Assembly (NCBI GenBank): GCA_051530055.1
Contig: CM121341.1
Location: 15,168,784 to 15,232,783 of the forward strand
From: Neoechinorhynchus agilis
Taxonomy: Eukaryota; Animalia; Acanthocephala
Direction of reading: 5' to 3'
Length of the DNA: 64,000 nucleotides
Shown: piece after piece, positions 1 to 11,846 of the stretch
Position numbering within the stretch: the first letter of the stretch is position 1
How the letters are laid out: the number at the start of each line of letters is the position of its first letter
Made by a program: the position numbers and the translations under genes
The notes under the pieces: generated by a model
Seen by the model: only the letters and a program-made list of their open reading frames with translations
Databases searched by the model: none
What the model was told of the DNA's origin: nothing

Positions 1-87
<87 letters not shown>
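1..87. repeat. (AAT)n microsatellite, runs off the window start
   Basis: Perfect AAT trinucleotide run from base 1 to ~87. Confidence 0.98.
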
Positions 88-165
88 TTTGTCTTCGATG
101 ATTTACTCGTTGAAGAATGCGTTTTTTTATTCCCATTGATTGAACCAGTCGTTCTTCGTGCTTAT

Positions 166-238
166 TGACCCCGACGAGACTTGAACTCGCAACCTTCTGA
201 TCTGGAGTCAGACGCTCTACCAATTGAGCCACGGAGTC
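166..238 (-). tRNA. tRNA-Trp(CCA)
   Basis: Minus strand reads GACTCCGTGGCTCAATTGGTAGAGCGTCTGACTCCAGATCAGAAGGTTGCGAGTTCAAGTCTCGTCGGGGTCA (73 nt): acceptor stem GACTCCG/CGGGGTC, anticodon arm TCTGA-CTCCAGA-TCAGA, T-loop GTTCAAG. Confidence 0.96.
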
Positions 239-657
239 TATTCGTGGCGTTTTCTCAACTATTTAATGACTAGGATTATTTATTTGAAAAAATGTCCTTT
301 TTATTACTATTTAAATTATGGACGAAAATATTGTTTAGACTCAATTGTAATGATAAATTTTTAAGACAAAAGGTATTGTTTTCGATGGTAAATTTTATAA
401 ATTCGATTAACTCTAGCGACTGAGAGTATCAGTTTTGGTGAGTCTGTCAGAGGTTTCTAGTCAAACATACAAATAAGATTAAAACATTGAACTATTTGTG
501 GATTTCTCAGTCAACGCCGAAAACGTCATAATTATGAATTCTTCAATGAAATGTTACAACCCATTTTATATGTGGCTAAAATCGGTTCTCTTTTATTAAG
601 ATTTTAAAACCTTAAAGAACGATTTCGCTTTTCCAACGTTCGTGGATAAAATACGAA

Positions 658-2180
658 CTACTCAACGACACAAAAAAGCAATGGTCCACAATCCGTTGGT
701 CCAATATAACTGTTATTGAACATTAAAAGTCGTCCGTCGCTTTCAACTACCGTATCTGCCAGAAGAGACTTCATCGGTGTTTGTGGTACTTTGAGCACAG
801 TTCTGATCCATTCGATTGGTTTTTCATCGAAGGTCGTATAAAGTCTTAATTGACCTTTGCGATCAGCGACTGTTCTATATCCAACATACGACTCGTGATT
901 GGCTAAAGATAAAATGATGGGAATTCCGCAACTTGAGAGCGTACAGATTGATAACGGCGGAACTCGGGGTGGATCATCACTAATTATAAGACTCCATTGG
1001 TTAATGTACAGGTCTAGCAACCAGATTTCGAATGTTCCCATGCTTGGAGATTGTATGTCCTTTTTGGCACTCACAAGAGCAATGACTTTATTATCATCGC
1101 AAAACGACTTAAGTGCGTGGCAGTGTTTAAAAGAACTCTGTTCAAATGGATCATTTAAGAAGCGGGCGTTACTTTGATCCATTTTATGCTTTTAGTATTG
1201 AAGAAACTTTAATGCTGGCGCAAAGAAATTTATTAGTAGAAAACTAATATAATCGAGTTGAACGTTTTCAATTTTTTGAGGATTTATAAAATACTGGATT
1301 TAGGGTTGCAGAATATCTACAGAGGTCTTGTTGAATATCCAAAATTTTGAACTAGCGGCTAAATAGTTGAAATCAAAGAAACATAGAAACGAGTATGGGT
1401 GAATTTTGAGCATAAAAGTGGATCAAACATCTTAAACCATAAAGCAGGCGCAGTTTCCTTTTGTTCCCAGTTAAGCAAGTTCAAATATAGGATCCATACT
1501 TTAGGCTGATATTTATAGAAAGTATCGATTACCAGAATCGAAGTTCCCAACACACAGCTCTTATGTTCAAACAGTGACGGTGTCCGTTCACCGTCGATTT
1601 TAACCTGCTTCCACAGATGATCACTCAAACTCATCGCGAAGGTCTCGGCACTCGTCCTTCCAAATGACAATCCACCGTGTAAAACTAGAAATTGACCACC
1701 ATTCGTGTCTACATAATCCAAAAGTCCGCCCATTCTACCAATCTTGCATCGATTTCCAGTCGCAATTTCATTCCACCGCAATTCATCACTGTTCGTTCTC
1801 CATAAATCATTAAATAAATTATCAAAGTTTATTCCTCCATACATGTAAATGTATTGGCCTGCTTTGCACAAAAGCGGTAAAATTCTGGTGCGCATCTTTT
1901 CCTCTCCATTTTCAATCACACGCAAGCTATCGAACGATAGCTTCGGTATATCGAGCTCGAACTTAGTCCTAAGAATAATATTCGCCATTGCTCGCCATTC
2001 TGAACAAATTGAACGAATATGTAGCAGACCACTAACATTCAAACGGTTTAGAATCTGATAGAGTACATCTTTTGTAATAATTGACCCAGTGGCATTGTTG
2101 GTCGCCATGCTGTTATTTAAATAAAATACGTTTTTGTCAATGCGCGAAATCGTACGCTTCGATATCGATAGAATGCACAA
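658..2180 (-). CDS. F-box plus kelch-repeat protein (FBXO42-like), two exons
   Basis: F-box-like DVLYQILNRLNVSGLLHIRSICSEWR; kelch GG motifs (YIYMYGG..NDLW, LVLHGG). ORFs 1359-2180 and 658-1182 join across one ~260-nt intron. Confidence 0.75.
1170..1432 (-). other. Stem-bounded intron in the F-box/kelch gene
   Basis: 5' arm TTTGATCCACTTTTATGCT (1427-1409) pairs with 3' arm AGCATAAAATGGATCAAA (1190-1173): 18 bp with one bulge. Removable as TA-bounded 1432-1170 (WF-NARF) or as GT-AG 1428-1172 (WFK-INARF). Confidence 0.7.
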
Positions 2181-3025
2181 TCATTTGAAGAAGGTAAACA
2201 TAGGTGTCAGAAACGGAAATATATTCATCTAAAGACTTATGTGCGTATGAATCAGTAGTGCTGTTTAAGGCGCCCCTTGATAATTTTAGAATAATCTCTA
2301 ATTTTTAATCGTTTTAAAACGATTGTAACCGGTATGCTGCATCTCCCGAATATTGCCAGTTGCAAATCATTTTGAAACCCACTAACAGAGGTATCTTAAT
2401 AAATCAACTTTTTAGGTAAAATCATGGATTACGCGAAAACTTTGTGACCAACATTCTTTGCAATTCTATTTGTCCGTCTGCGACTACCTCTATTCCTTTG
2501 TAGATGGATTTTTTTGTTGTCTTAGAAAAGCTGGCAACCTTCAAACACGATGGCTGCTTGCTCTAGTGCCAAGCAGTTTGTCATAAACGAACATATCTGT
2601 TCAACTTTTAAGAAGTTAACAAATATTTGGTTTAACCCGAATTTGAAGAGAAATACAAAATCTAAGACCATCTAATTCGCTCGAAACTATTAAAGATGCT
2701 CGAGATCTTGACAGAGAAACATTCTTGAAAATGTAAAAAAATCAAGACACGAACAAACGAAAAGTCGAAGTTTCCGATTTTTAATAATTCATGGACACTT
2801 TCATCTTTGCATACGCGGAGCGATTTTAATTCGAAGCGTTTCGTCCATTAAAGTGCTAGCTAGGGTCATTATTTCGGGGTTTATTTTCTTTCACCGCTAA
2901 AAAATACTATTCCTATGCTGTTTTAAAGACCTTGATAATAAACTAATTTCTGTCTTATTGCTTAAAGGCTCATATTCACGACCGACTCGTCGATCACTTC
3001 GCTTTTAAAAATACATTTTTTACTT

Positions 3026-4654
3026 TTACAACTGGATTGAAATTGGTTCTTGGTATGTCGCTATACTGTTTCGCTTCATTAAGCACGTGCATTTTAGGCA
3101 TACTTGCAATATCATTAAAGAGAATCCAGCGAGAATAACAGATATAAATGGATATTTGATCCATGTGTTCCATACGTCTTCCGCAACACTCCAATCGGAC
3201 CACATCGCTTCGGCTTTTGATATGATTGCCCCACTTTCTTTTCCATCGGAAAAAATCGTTTCCCCACCGCTCTGGTCCCGGTAATGTTCTACCCATTTAA
3301 TGTTAACAAATGTTCCGAACGCCTCCTTAACGGGCATCCGTTGCCATGAATGCGGAATCGTTATCCGTCCGCTCGGTCCCATATATAAACCATTGATCAA
3401 CTCTAATTGATCATCTGGGTTTAGCTGATATCGGCCCAAATCGGACGGGAAAACGAGTCGGTCAAATAAAAATGTCGATCGATTGTAACAATATAGATAA
3501 TTGCTTGATCGGTCCTCAACGCAAAGTTTATTTTCATTTTCAACTATTTGACTAAATGGAGCGTATTGAACCATTGCTCGATAAAGAAGAGAATCTTTAA
3601 CGCGGTAAGCGTAGTCTAGTCTAGAATGATATGAAGGAACCAAGTTCCCGATTCCATTAGGCGTAGTTTTGTTTGTTAGAATCATTAAATCTCGAGATTG
3701 CATACAATTAGTGTAACGAGAAAGTTCTTCGAAATACACGAATGTATTTAAGACGACTTTGTTTGCCAAATCAGCATTAAGACCAGCTGAGTCATCACAT
3801 CGGGTGCGGCAATAATGATTAGCCAAATCCGAATCCTCAAGAGCAATAAATGTGCCGTAATCCGTCAATGGGCCTCGGTGTCCACAGAAGTCTATGCAGC
3901 AACTCTGGCTAAAAGGAAGATTCAGAATTCCGTCATTAATCATAATCGAACCGAGGAATACTGAAATATTAACTTTAACGAAATCATCACATCGTTTCCG
4001 ATGGTTCGTCCGGTGAACGAGTGCGTGTTTTTGTTTTGTCTCGCAATATTCTTGACCGCACATGTCATTAAGCAAATATGGAGACCTAAGAACGTTTCTT
4101 CGATACTCAAACGGCCACTGTCGACTTTGCCGCAAATACACCGTATCCACTTGATTCACAGTCCTGAGCCATGAACACACCGGTGCGGGATATGTCAAGT
4201 GTTCTTGAAAGAAGGCAGTTCCGAGTTTTCCCTTCAGTTCTTCTACTCTAAGCTCCATTGGAGTCAGTGCTTTTTCAATATTCACTGAACCAAACAGATT
4301 TGTGAAACAAGATGTCCGTACCTGGAGTTTCTCATATATATCAACTTCCTCGGTATTCAAAGACAAATCTCCGTTGTAAATGTACCCAATCGAAGTAAAA
4401 TCCGATTCCGTTTGTTCTACTTGAACAGGTCCACGACATCGTATGTCCACTGGATTGATAACGTTCCAACGTTCGACCACTTTAACCGGAATGCCAACTT
4501 TATAGAATGAACTACTCGTTCGTGTATTTTGTTTTCCTTTTCCAACCAACAATAAACGATGACTTTCACTCAGAATTTCTCTTAACGGTCCTTGCGTTTT
4601 GTAAATCCGAATTTCCGAGCAAAACAAAAAAAACAGCAGTAATAAATAAGGCAT
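3026..4654 (-). CDS. Endogenous rhabdovirus-like glycoprotein G (class III fusion protein), intact and intronless
   Basis: Signal peptide MPYLLLLFFLFC; C-terminal TM (YPFISVILAGFSLMILQVCL) with short tail. Cys motifs SCFTNLFG, YPAPVCSW, MCGQEYCET and CCIDFCGHRG lie in the order and spacing of the VSV-G motifs TCDFRWYG, FPPQSCGY, KCSNYICPT and CKMQYCKHWG (recalled from memory). Confidence 0.82.
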   Translation of the reverse strand: MPYLLLLFFLFCSEIRIYKTQGPLREILSESHRLLLVGKGKQNTRTSSSFYKVGIPVKVVERWNVINPVDIRCRGPVQVEQTESDFTSIGYIYNGDLSLNTEEVDIYEKLQVRTSCFTNLFGSVNIEKALTPMELRVEELKGKLGTAFFQEHLTYPAPVCSWLRTVNQVDTVYLRQSRQWPFEYRRNVLRSPYLLNDMCGQEYCETKQKHALVHRTNHRKRCDDFVKVNISVFLGSIMINDGILNLPFSQSCCIDFCGHRGPLTDYGTFIALEDSDLANHYCRTRCDDSAGLNADLANKVVLNTFVYFEELSRYTNCMQSRDLMILTNKTTPNGIGNLVPSYHSRLDYAYRVKDSLLYRAMVQYAPFSQIVENENKLCVEDRSSNYLYCYNRSTFLFDRLVFPSDLGRYQLNPDDQLELINGLYMGPSGRITIPHSWQRMPVKEAFGTFVNIKWVEHYRDQSGGETIFSDGKESGAIISKAEAMWSDWSVAEDVWNTWIKYPFISVILAGFSLMILQVCLKCTCLMKRNSIATYQEPISIQL

Positions 4655-5539
4655 ATAAGAGTTTATATGAGTGTAATGCCGGATGTTTTAGGATTTTGTG
4701 TTAAAATAATTAAAATTGTAGGAAATTCGCGTTCAATGATTTAAATATAGGGCGAATATTTCAGCAACCAAAACTCAAAATTCATTCGGTGTATTTGACG
4801 CGTTTAGTCTGGATTAATGGCGTTTTTCCAAACGCAAGTTAAATGTAACAATTCACGATGCTCGTTTAAAGTTACACAAAGAATGTTTTTTCACTAAGGT
4901 TTCTAATCGGAACCATTCTTCTACTATTGAGAGCGTTAAATGTTATGTTTTCATGAAGATTATCATTTCGGTAGGATTTAATTTTAAAGTAAATGTCACG
5001 GTGATCGAAATTCTGTTCTAAGAATCTATAGGAAATCGCCATAATCATTAACTGGTTTTTAAAACATAGATAAGCTAAGACCTTTTGAACCAATCACAGT
5101 TAAAAGTTTTCCATTACCGGGTTTTCGATGCACAAAACGCCTCATCAATTAGCGGAATACGTTCAATTCGGTAAAGATATATGCCGATATTTTAGCCTTC
5201 TAATGAAAAGTGCGAATTAGTTGACCTAGAAAGGTTAAACCAATCATATTTCAGAAATATTCAAGTTAAGACTTGGATTGCGAAATTCTTAAGCCATCAA
5301 TACATTTTTACTGTACGAATTTAGACATACCAAGAGGAACAATGCTAAACTAAGCATTTTCATGAACGGCAAATTTTCCACTGTTACTAAACATGTAATT
5401 TTAATCGTTCAATATTTAAAAAACGGCTAGGATTGCATGAGAAAAGGTATGACCAATAAAATTTTAGGGAAAAAAGGTAAGATCCGAACTCTAAAAAATC
5501 TTCGCTGGCTAAAAATATTTAATGATCTTTAACGTGCGT

Positions 5540-6013
5540 ATATTGGCAATCGTCGCCATGCAATTTCGAAATCCGAAAATATGTTTCAGGACTGTCATCA
5601 TTTTGGTTGTCCACAGCGAATATGGAAGGAGGGCCCGAGGTGCGAGTAGCATCAGCCCTGCTCCGGTGAACTCCTCAGCATCTCGAGTGGACTTTTAAGT
5701 GTGGAGGTTCGCGACGCTTGTCAACGCTGCTTCATCAGGATGGGTCTGAGTTCATAGCATCACGAGAAGTGCCTCTTTTTGCATTCAGTTCGGTCCATTA
5801 GAGAGGGATTTTCTTGATTTTAACTCCTGGTTCGCCGTCTCCAGGTAACCTATATGATGGTCGTCTTGTGAATCCGGACTTGCCATATACCAAATACTAT
5901 ATGGTGGACTGTAGGTGGGATTTGTCTACAGTCAGTTAGCGGTCCCCTTGGCACTCGTAAAAGTCCTCCTTGGCGTGCCCTAGGGAATTCATCCGGACAG
6001 CCATATTGGCAAT
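5540..6013. mobile_element. GC-rich ~450-bp insertion flanked by an 11-bp direct repeat (putative TSD)
   Basis: ATATTGGCAAT at 5540-5550 and 6003-6013 brackets a segment richer in GC than its flanks; no long ORF. Confidence 0.45.
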
Positions 6014-6992
6014 GCAACTAAAACAAAGCAATACACAGTTTTATATTATAAGCGACGACTTCTTCCTCTAAATCAACATTTTTGGCGAGGTTTATAGTTT
6101 TTAAATGAAGAAAAGAACGAATGAATCATCAGAAAAAATTATAAAATTCCAGAATGCGAAACTCTAGTCTTCGTTTGGAAAATTACTTCTTTTATTTTTT
6201 ACCGTGCAAATTTCGAGAATGCAGCAGGAACAGCGTTTAACTAAGTTTTCAGCCTTAAACTACGTCGTTTTTCACTGCACTCAAACATCAAATGATAATT
6301 TTAGTCTTTTGACGAAAAATCGAACAAATAACGTGAGAAAAAGTTTGGCCAACTCGATTGTAAGCAATGCTACGCATTTTAAAGCGAACAAAATCCCTTT
6401 AATTCAACGACAGATTTCAAGAAGCACTGCAATTGCTCAACGTCAGAATTTAGTTTTTGTTTTTTGTCGGTTCAGTGATTCGTTTGTATTCATTAATAAC
6501 ATTTTAGTAAAGGCTAACTGACTTTGAAGCTAACCAGTTTGAGTAGTTAATGGATATCGATTTAATAAATAAAAATAATAGTTTATCTATATTGAATTTC
6601 TAACAATAATAAATCTAGTCTAAATGCATTCAAACAAACATAAATGTGAAATTGAGAGTCCAACTGAAGGAGAACGAATTTGTTTGTAGATTTAGTACCC
6701 AAAACTACGATAAAGAGTAAAGTAAAAACCTGATCGAAAACCTTTTCGTCAATCACTTTTAAAAATTTCCTAATTCATTCTCTTCTAAAAGAATATTTTC
6801 ATTATCAGCGACTTTAAGTATAATTCTCACAAAGACATCAACGTTTAAACTTCTAAAAGTATAAAAAAAATACTGATCCCATAAAGGAAGTAAATGGTTA
6901 AACATCTAGTATAATCGCATTTTTGCGTTGTCTTTAAAGAATTGAATATGAAGACGATTTCACTCACGCTATTATACGTTCAAAAACTCATA

Positions 6993-9900
6993 TCACTTCT
7001 CAATGCTGTAGTCGCTGTCGTCCCCGTTTTCATCATCATCACTGCTTATAATATAGCACTTATGGGAACTGGCTACATTTCGCGTCCGTTTTTCACGAGT
7101 AGGTAAAGAACTCGACAAATCTTCATCATCTGAAGACTTATCCCGATTACGCTTATTAACTTCCTGTTTCGTTTTCTTATTCTCCCGTTCTGCTGAGTCT
7201 TCTTCGTCTAAGGAATTCGTCGTAGCAGATCTTTTCAATTTCTTACCTTCATTCGAATCTTCTAAAAATGTCCTGATGTCTTTATTAGACTTTTGCGTCT
7301 TACCCTTTTCAGCGGGCGCTTTCATCTTTGCCAATCGGCCACCTCCAGCTGCACGTTCAGCTAAGACATCTTCACAGGCAACATTGCTATCACCCATAAC
7401 CAAATCGACAATTGCAGTCTTTTGTACCGGATTTCGCTTTGAAGTAACTTTATTGTCAACCAATATACTGCTTGATGCAAAACATTCATTATCGATTTGA
7501 GCCACTTTCGGAGGATCGATTCTAATCGCGTGTTTACTGGGCTGAGTATTCATATGATTCTCCTTTTTACGTACAAAACTCACCTTGCTTCCTTTTTTCG
7601 TCACAGAACCCGAAGCACCCGAAGACTCGAACTTCTCAAGCTCAACTAACAGAGCGTTCAAATCATCTTTCCACAAATCTTTCTCAGTTTTTAACCGAAG
7701 AGCTTTTAACTCCTTTGCCTTTTTGGCTTGATCAGCCAAAAGAACGTCTTTACGCTCCATTGTCAAACTCCATAAAGGCATACCGAGCAAATACTCATAG
7801 TCGGCAGCAGATGCATCCTCCGTTTCATCACTCTGCTCTCCACCACCAGACTCCATGGGATTAGCTTTCTGCTTTAACTTCCATTTCTTAACTGGATCAG
7901 GTTGATATTTTCGTTCTCTGAGAATTTCCAGAATTACAACTTTCTTTATATTCTCGATTCTAATAACACCTTCGATCTTCTCCAATATGAAACGAGCCAT
8001 GTTGTCTAGTTTAGAACTCTCTGCTTCCAAAAGACCAATCAAATACTCCTTTCTTTTTTCATACATCTTCAGCCGGACCTTGTAGAAATCCTTCAGAATA
8101 TTTATAGGTCCATCGTACCGCTGTAGACATCCATCGGCATCAAAAAGAACCATATTTGCAAGAGAGATGGGTTTTTGAAGTTTAAAAACTTTATGGAAAC
8201 CTCCTTGTTTCTTGACCTTTGAGATTTGTTCATTTGACATTTTGATCACGAACTTCACTGTTGTGTCCGTGCTGTAATCTTTGTAATCAAGGATTATCGG
8301 CGTAGCAGTATTGGTTTCTTTGGTGGCTCTCTTTCGAGCAGTAGTTCCACTTGCGGTTGCTTCGCTTATCGGAGCTCCTGTTAATAAAACTTCAATAGTT
8401 TTATCCTTGTAATTCTGAGTCCATTCACCGACAGGAAGCTCCGTGATTTCAAAGGAGTTACAGTCAATCTCTGAAATCTCTCCATTTGTCATAACCTTAG
8501 TTTTTTCAACGCATTGAACGGTTCCATGAAACCCTCTATAATATGGTAACATAGGTTTCGGTTCGCGGTCATCCATAATGCACCTCAAGTTCTCAATTAT
8601 TTCTCTTGGATTATAATTTGGAACCCGTGTAGACCAACCTGTGCCGATTCCGTCAGCTCCATTGACTAGAACCATTGGGATAACCGGGCAATACCATTCA
8701 GGTTCAACTAGCTGGCCATCATCGTTCAAATAGCTCAAAATTGGATCGTCATATTTAGAAAAAATAAATCTCGTTATTGGATTCAAATATGTGAATATGT
8801 ATCGAGGACTCGCTGCGTCCTTTCCGCCCATCATTCGAGTACCAAACTGACCAATAGGCATAAGAATATTAATGTTGTTACTACCAACGAAATCCTGAGC
8901 CAAATTGATTATCGTGCCCATGAGACTTTGCTCGCCGTGATGATACGCACTCAGTTCAGCAACGCTTCCTGCCAATTGCGCAACTTTCAATTCCTTCACG
9001 AGATTTCGTTTAAAGCAACTATAGAGCACTTTACGTTGACCAGGTTTGAATCCGTCCATTATCGAAGGAATACTGCGTTCGTTGTCAAGATTTGAAAACA
9101 AAATTAATTCTTTGTTGACAAAATCTGCATAAGTAATCTCTGTTGTCGTCTTTTGGTACAAATACTCGTTTGTCGGCATATTGAGTTCTCGGCGTGATTT
9201 CCGCTCCTCCATAAATCGAGTAAGCCAATCTTTGCGATCATCCGCCAGATTCTTCGCAAACGCTAACTGAATACTAAGATCATCCCGTGCTCCTTGATAC
9301 TTAAATTCAATCTTATGGCGCTGCATATTGGAAAAATATTCCTTTGCTTCTTTAGAAGTGCTTGTTCCGAGACCCTTGTAGTACTTTATACGATATCGAG
9401 CCCAGTCTGGAGTGCGGTGCTGCCACTCCTCGAATTCCGGCTCAGAGTAAAACATCAGCTCAGTGTTTCCTTTAAAAGCCTTTACTATTGGTGTAATAAA
9501 CTCGTTCAGGAATCCATGTTTTATCAAATTGGGCCAATTGTGGTGTATAAAGTTTATCACCAAACCTTTTATATGAGATCCGTCGTGATCCTGATCAGCC
9601 ATTATCATCAACTTTCCATACCGCAACTTCTTTATGTCTTCCCACCTCTCGTATTTCTCTTTATATTGAAGACCAAGAATCTTGCACAACTTCGTTATCT
9701 CATCGTTTTGCATTATCTGCTTGGTGTTCGCTTCACGGACGTTCAACATCTTTCCGCGAAGGGGAAATATGCCGTAATGGTCACGACCAACTATGCCGAG
9801 TCCGGACACTGCTATCGTAATGACTCCCGTACTTTTTAGAAGAGTAAAAATTTTAAATCATTAATTTCATAAAAATAATGTCGCGACTTAATTTAAATTG

Positions 9901-11846
9901 ATAAAATGTCGATATGTGAGGAGGTACCGGGTTATATGATTAGAAGTGTTATTTAGGTCTTCATCCGGTAAATAATGCTTTATTAAATACGTTTCGAATC
10001 TCCTCGGATTCATCACCAGTTTGTTAGCTATTAAAAGACGCTGATTATGAAACCGACGAGGTTCGAAACATCTTAAAAAAAATATTTGTCGGTTGAAGAT
10101 CTCAATAAAAGATCTAACTGTATAAACGTTTTACGTAGAAAAAGGATATACTTACCTTTTTGGACGCAAATAGTGTTTTCAGTCCTTCTTGCAGTTTGTA
10201 AGTAAAGAAGAAATTAAACTCAATGATTTTATACCGAATTCACGTTAAGTTCTTTTAACCACTAAAGATCTTCTCATGGGCAATAAAAAATATATAGGTT
10301 TCCAGGTAGAAAAATTCTCGGTTGCTTGGCGATTGTCTGGAAGTCAACACATTAAAGTTTTGGCCGAGTCTCCTTCTGTGACAATGAGAGTGCATTTTGA
10401 AGAATTTCTAGTTCCAGCATCGTTCGCATCGTCTAATTTTGCTATTCCCCTCATTTTCAGAGTCTTCGTCCCACCTCCTTTCTTCTCCAACAAAGTCTTT
10501 TGTTTAAATTCGACCCATCTTAGGATACTTTCAACAACTCCGCACTTATCTTTAACTTTTTTAAGAAAATCTTCTGAGACTTCACATTTTGATCCGAAAT
10601 GTCGATTTGCAAGAGTCATGAATTCCTTGGTTTGAGAGTCGAAAGTAGGGTTCTCAATAAGACAATTAACAAAGACCCAAAGGTAATTTTTGAGTTGATG
10701 GGGTTTTATGTCAGTTCCACTTTTATTCTTTTTCTTTACAGTTTCACCGATTTTCGCGACAATTTGATCAACGATATAATCAACATGTTTGCCTCCTTTG
10801 GTGGTAGCGATACTGTTCACAAAACTCATTTGTTGGAATCCACCTTCACTAATGGTGACAGCGACTTCCCATCGCGGTCCAAATCGCTGATAAATGACCT
10901 GGAGGGGATTATTGGCTTCATCGGAGCATTCATTAGTGTAAAGTTTAACATAATCCTCGAATCGACTTATAGGCACACGCTTAGAGTTTAAATAAACATG
11001 CACTCCTGGCACAGCAGCAGCAATATCGTAAACTCGCCTTTTGAACAGGCTCACAATATCGTCATCGAGGAAATCCATATTGAATTTTGCTAAATCTGGC
11101 TTAAAAGTAATACGAGTAAAATCATTTTTACGTGCTGGTTCAATCTTAGGATCATCAGGAATAGTCATGTTCTTTTTCCACGTTTGCTTAAAAAATTGAC
11201 CGAACTCACTGCACGATGTTTCAACCGTGAACTCAGTACTAAAAACATTGCATAATTTCGCCCCATATCCATTTCTGCCTCCGGTCACCTTTTTTTGATT
11301 ATCGTCGAAATTGCTCGACGTGAGTAGATGGCCAAATATGAGTGTAGGGACGTACATTTTCTCCTTCTTATGCACTGTAACGGGGATACCTCGTCCATCA
11401 TTAAAGATAACTATCGAGTTCTTCTCAGGCTCAATAGTTACTTTCACCGTTGACATTTTTGGATCTCGTTGCTTATTATCGGCAGCATTGACCAAGATCT
11501 CATCGAATATTTTGTAAAGAGCTGGCACATATGTGATTGAACGTTTGATCATTCGAGGTCGTTGAACGACCAGAGTGTCTCCTTCATCATCACTGTCACT
11601 GTTGGGCTGTCGCCGTTCCGTCGCTTCGTCCAAAATCCACATCTCTTGAGTGCTCTTCTCCGTACTGCCCACATAAGTGTCTGGGCGAATCAAAATGTGC
11701 TCCAATTGAGTCTTTTTTTGATAAATGTTCTCTATCGCAGCGTCAGCTATCGTTGCCATCGTTGCAGAAGGTGCAGAAAACCGAATAATCGACGATCTAT
11801 AAACGGACAATGCCCGAGTCACACAGATCCTCAGTCCAGGAAACAC
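6993..11846 (-). CDS. TOP2: DNA topoisomerase II, two exons (first in-frame ATG at 11759)
   Basis: YQKKTQLEHILIRPDTYVGS, GHKL motifs (KIFDEILVNAADN, GGRNGYGAKL), TOPRIM EGDSA / PLRGK / IMADQDHDGSHI, YYKGLGTS, active-site ASPRYIF, acidic/basic C-tail. Confidence 0.97.
9813..10352 (-). other. Non-canonical stem-bounded intron in TOP2 (540 nt)
   Basis: Removal gives ACT TTA|GCA GTG TCC = KTL-AVSGLG. 5' arm TGTGTTGACTTCC (10351-10339) pairs with GGGAGTCATTACG (9828-9816), 12 of 13 including G-U. TA on both sides. Confidence 0.75.
9905..10072. mobile_element. Penelope-like repeat remnant with an inverted pair of degenerate minimal hammerhead motifs (inside the TOP2 intron)
   Basis: Minus copy CTGGTGA-T-GAATC-cgagga-GATTC-GAAAC-GTA (10019-9988); plus copy CTGATTA-T-GAAACC-gacga-GGTTC-GAAAC-ATC (10041-10072). 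Flanks shared with 19.2 kb and 24.2 kb copies. Confidence 0.55.

Noticed and set aside
9813-10352. Group II or group I self-splicing intron in TOP2
   Set aside because: No GUGYG start, no recognisable domain V or P-Q-R-S core, no maturase, and AT-rich unstructured interior.
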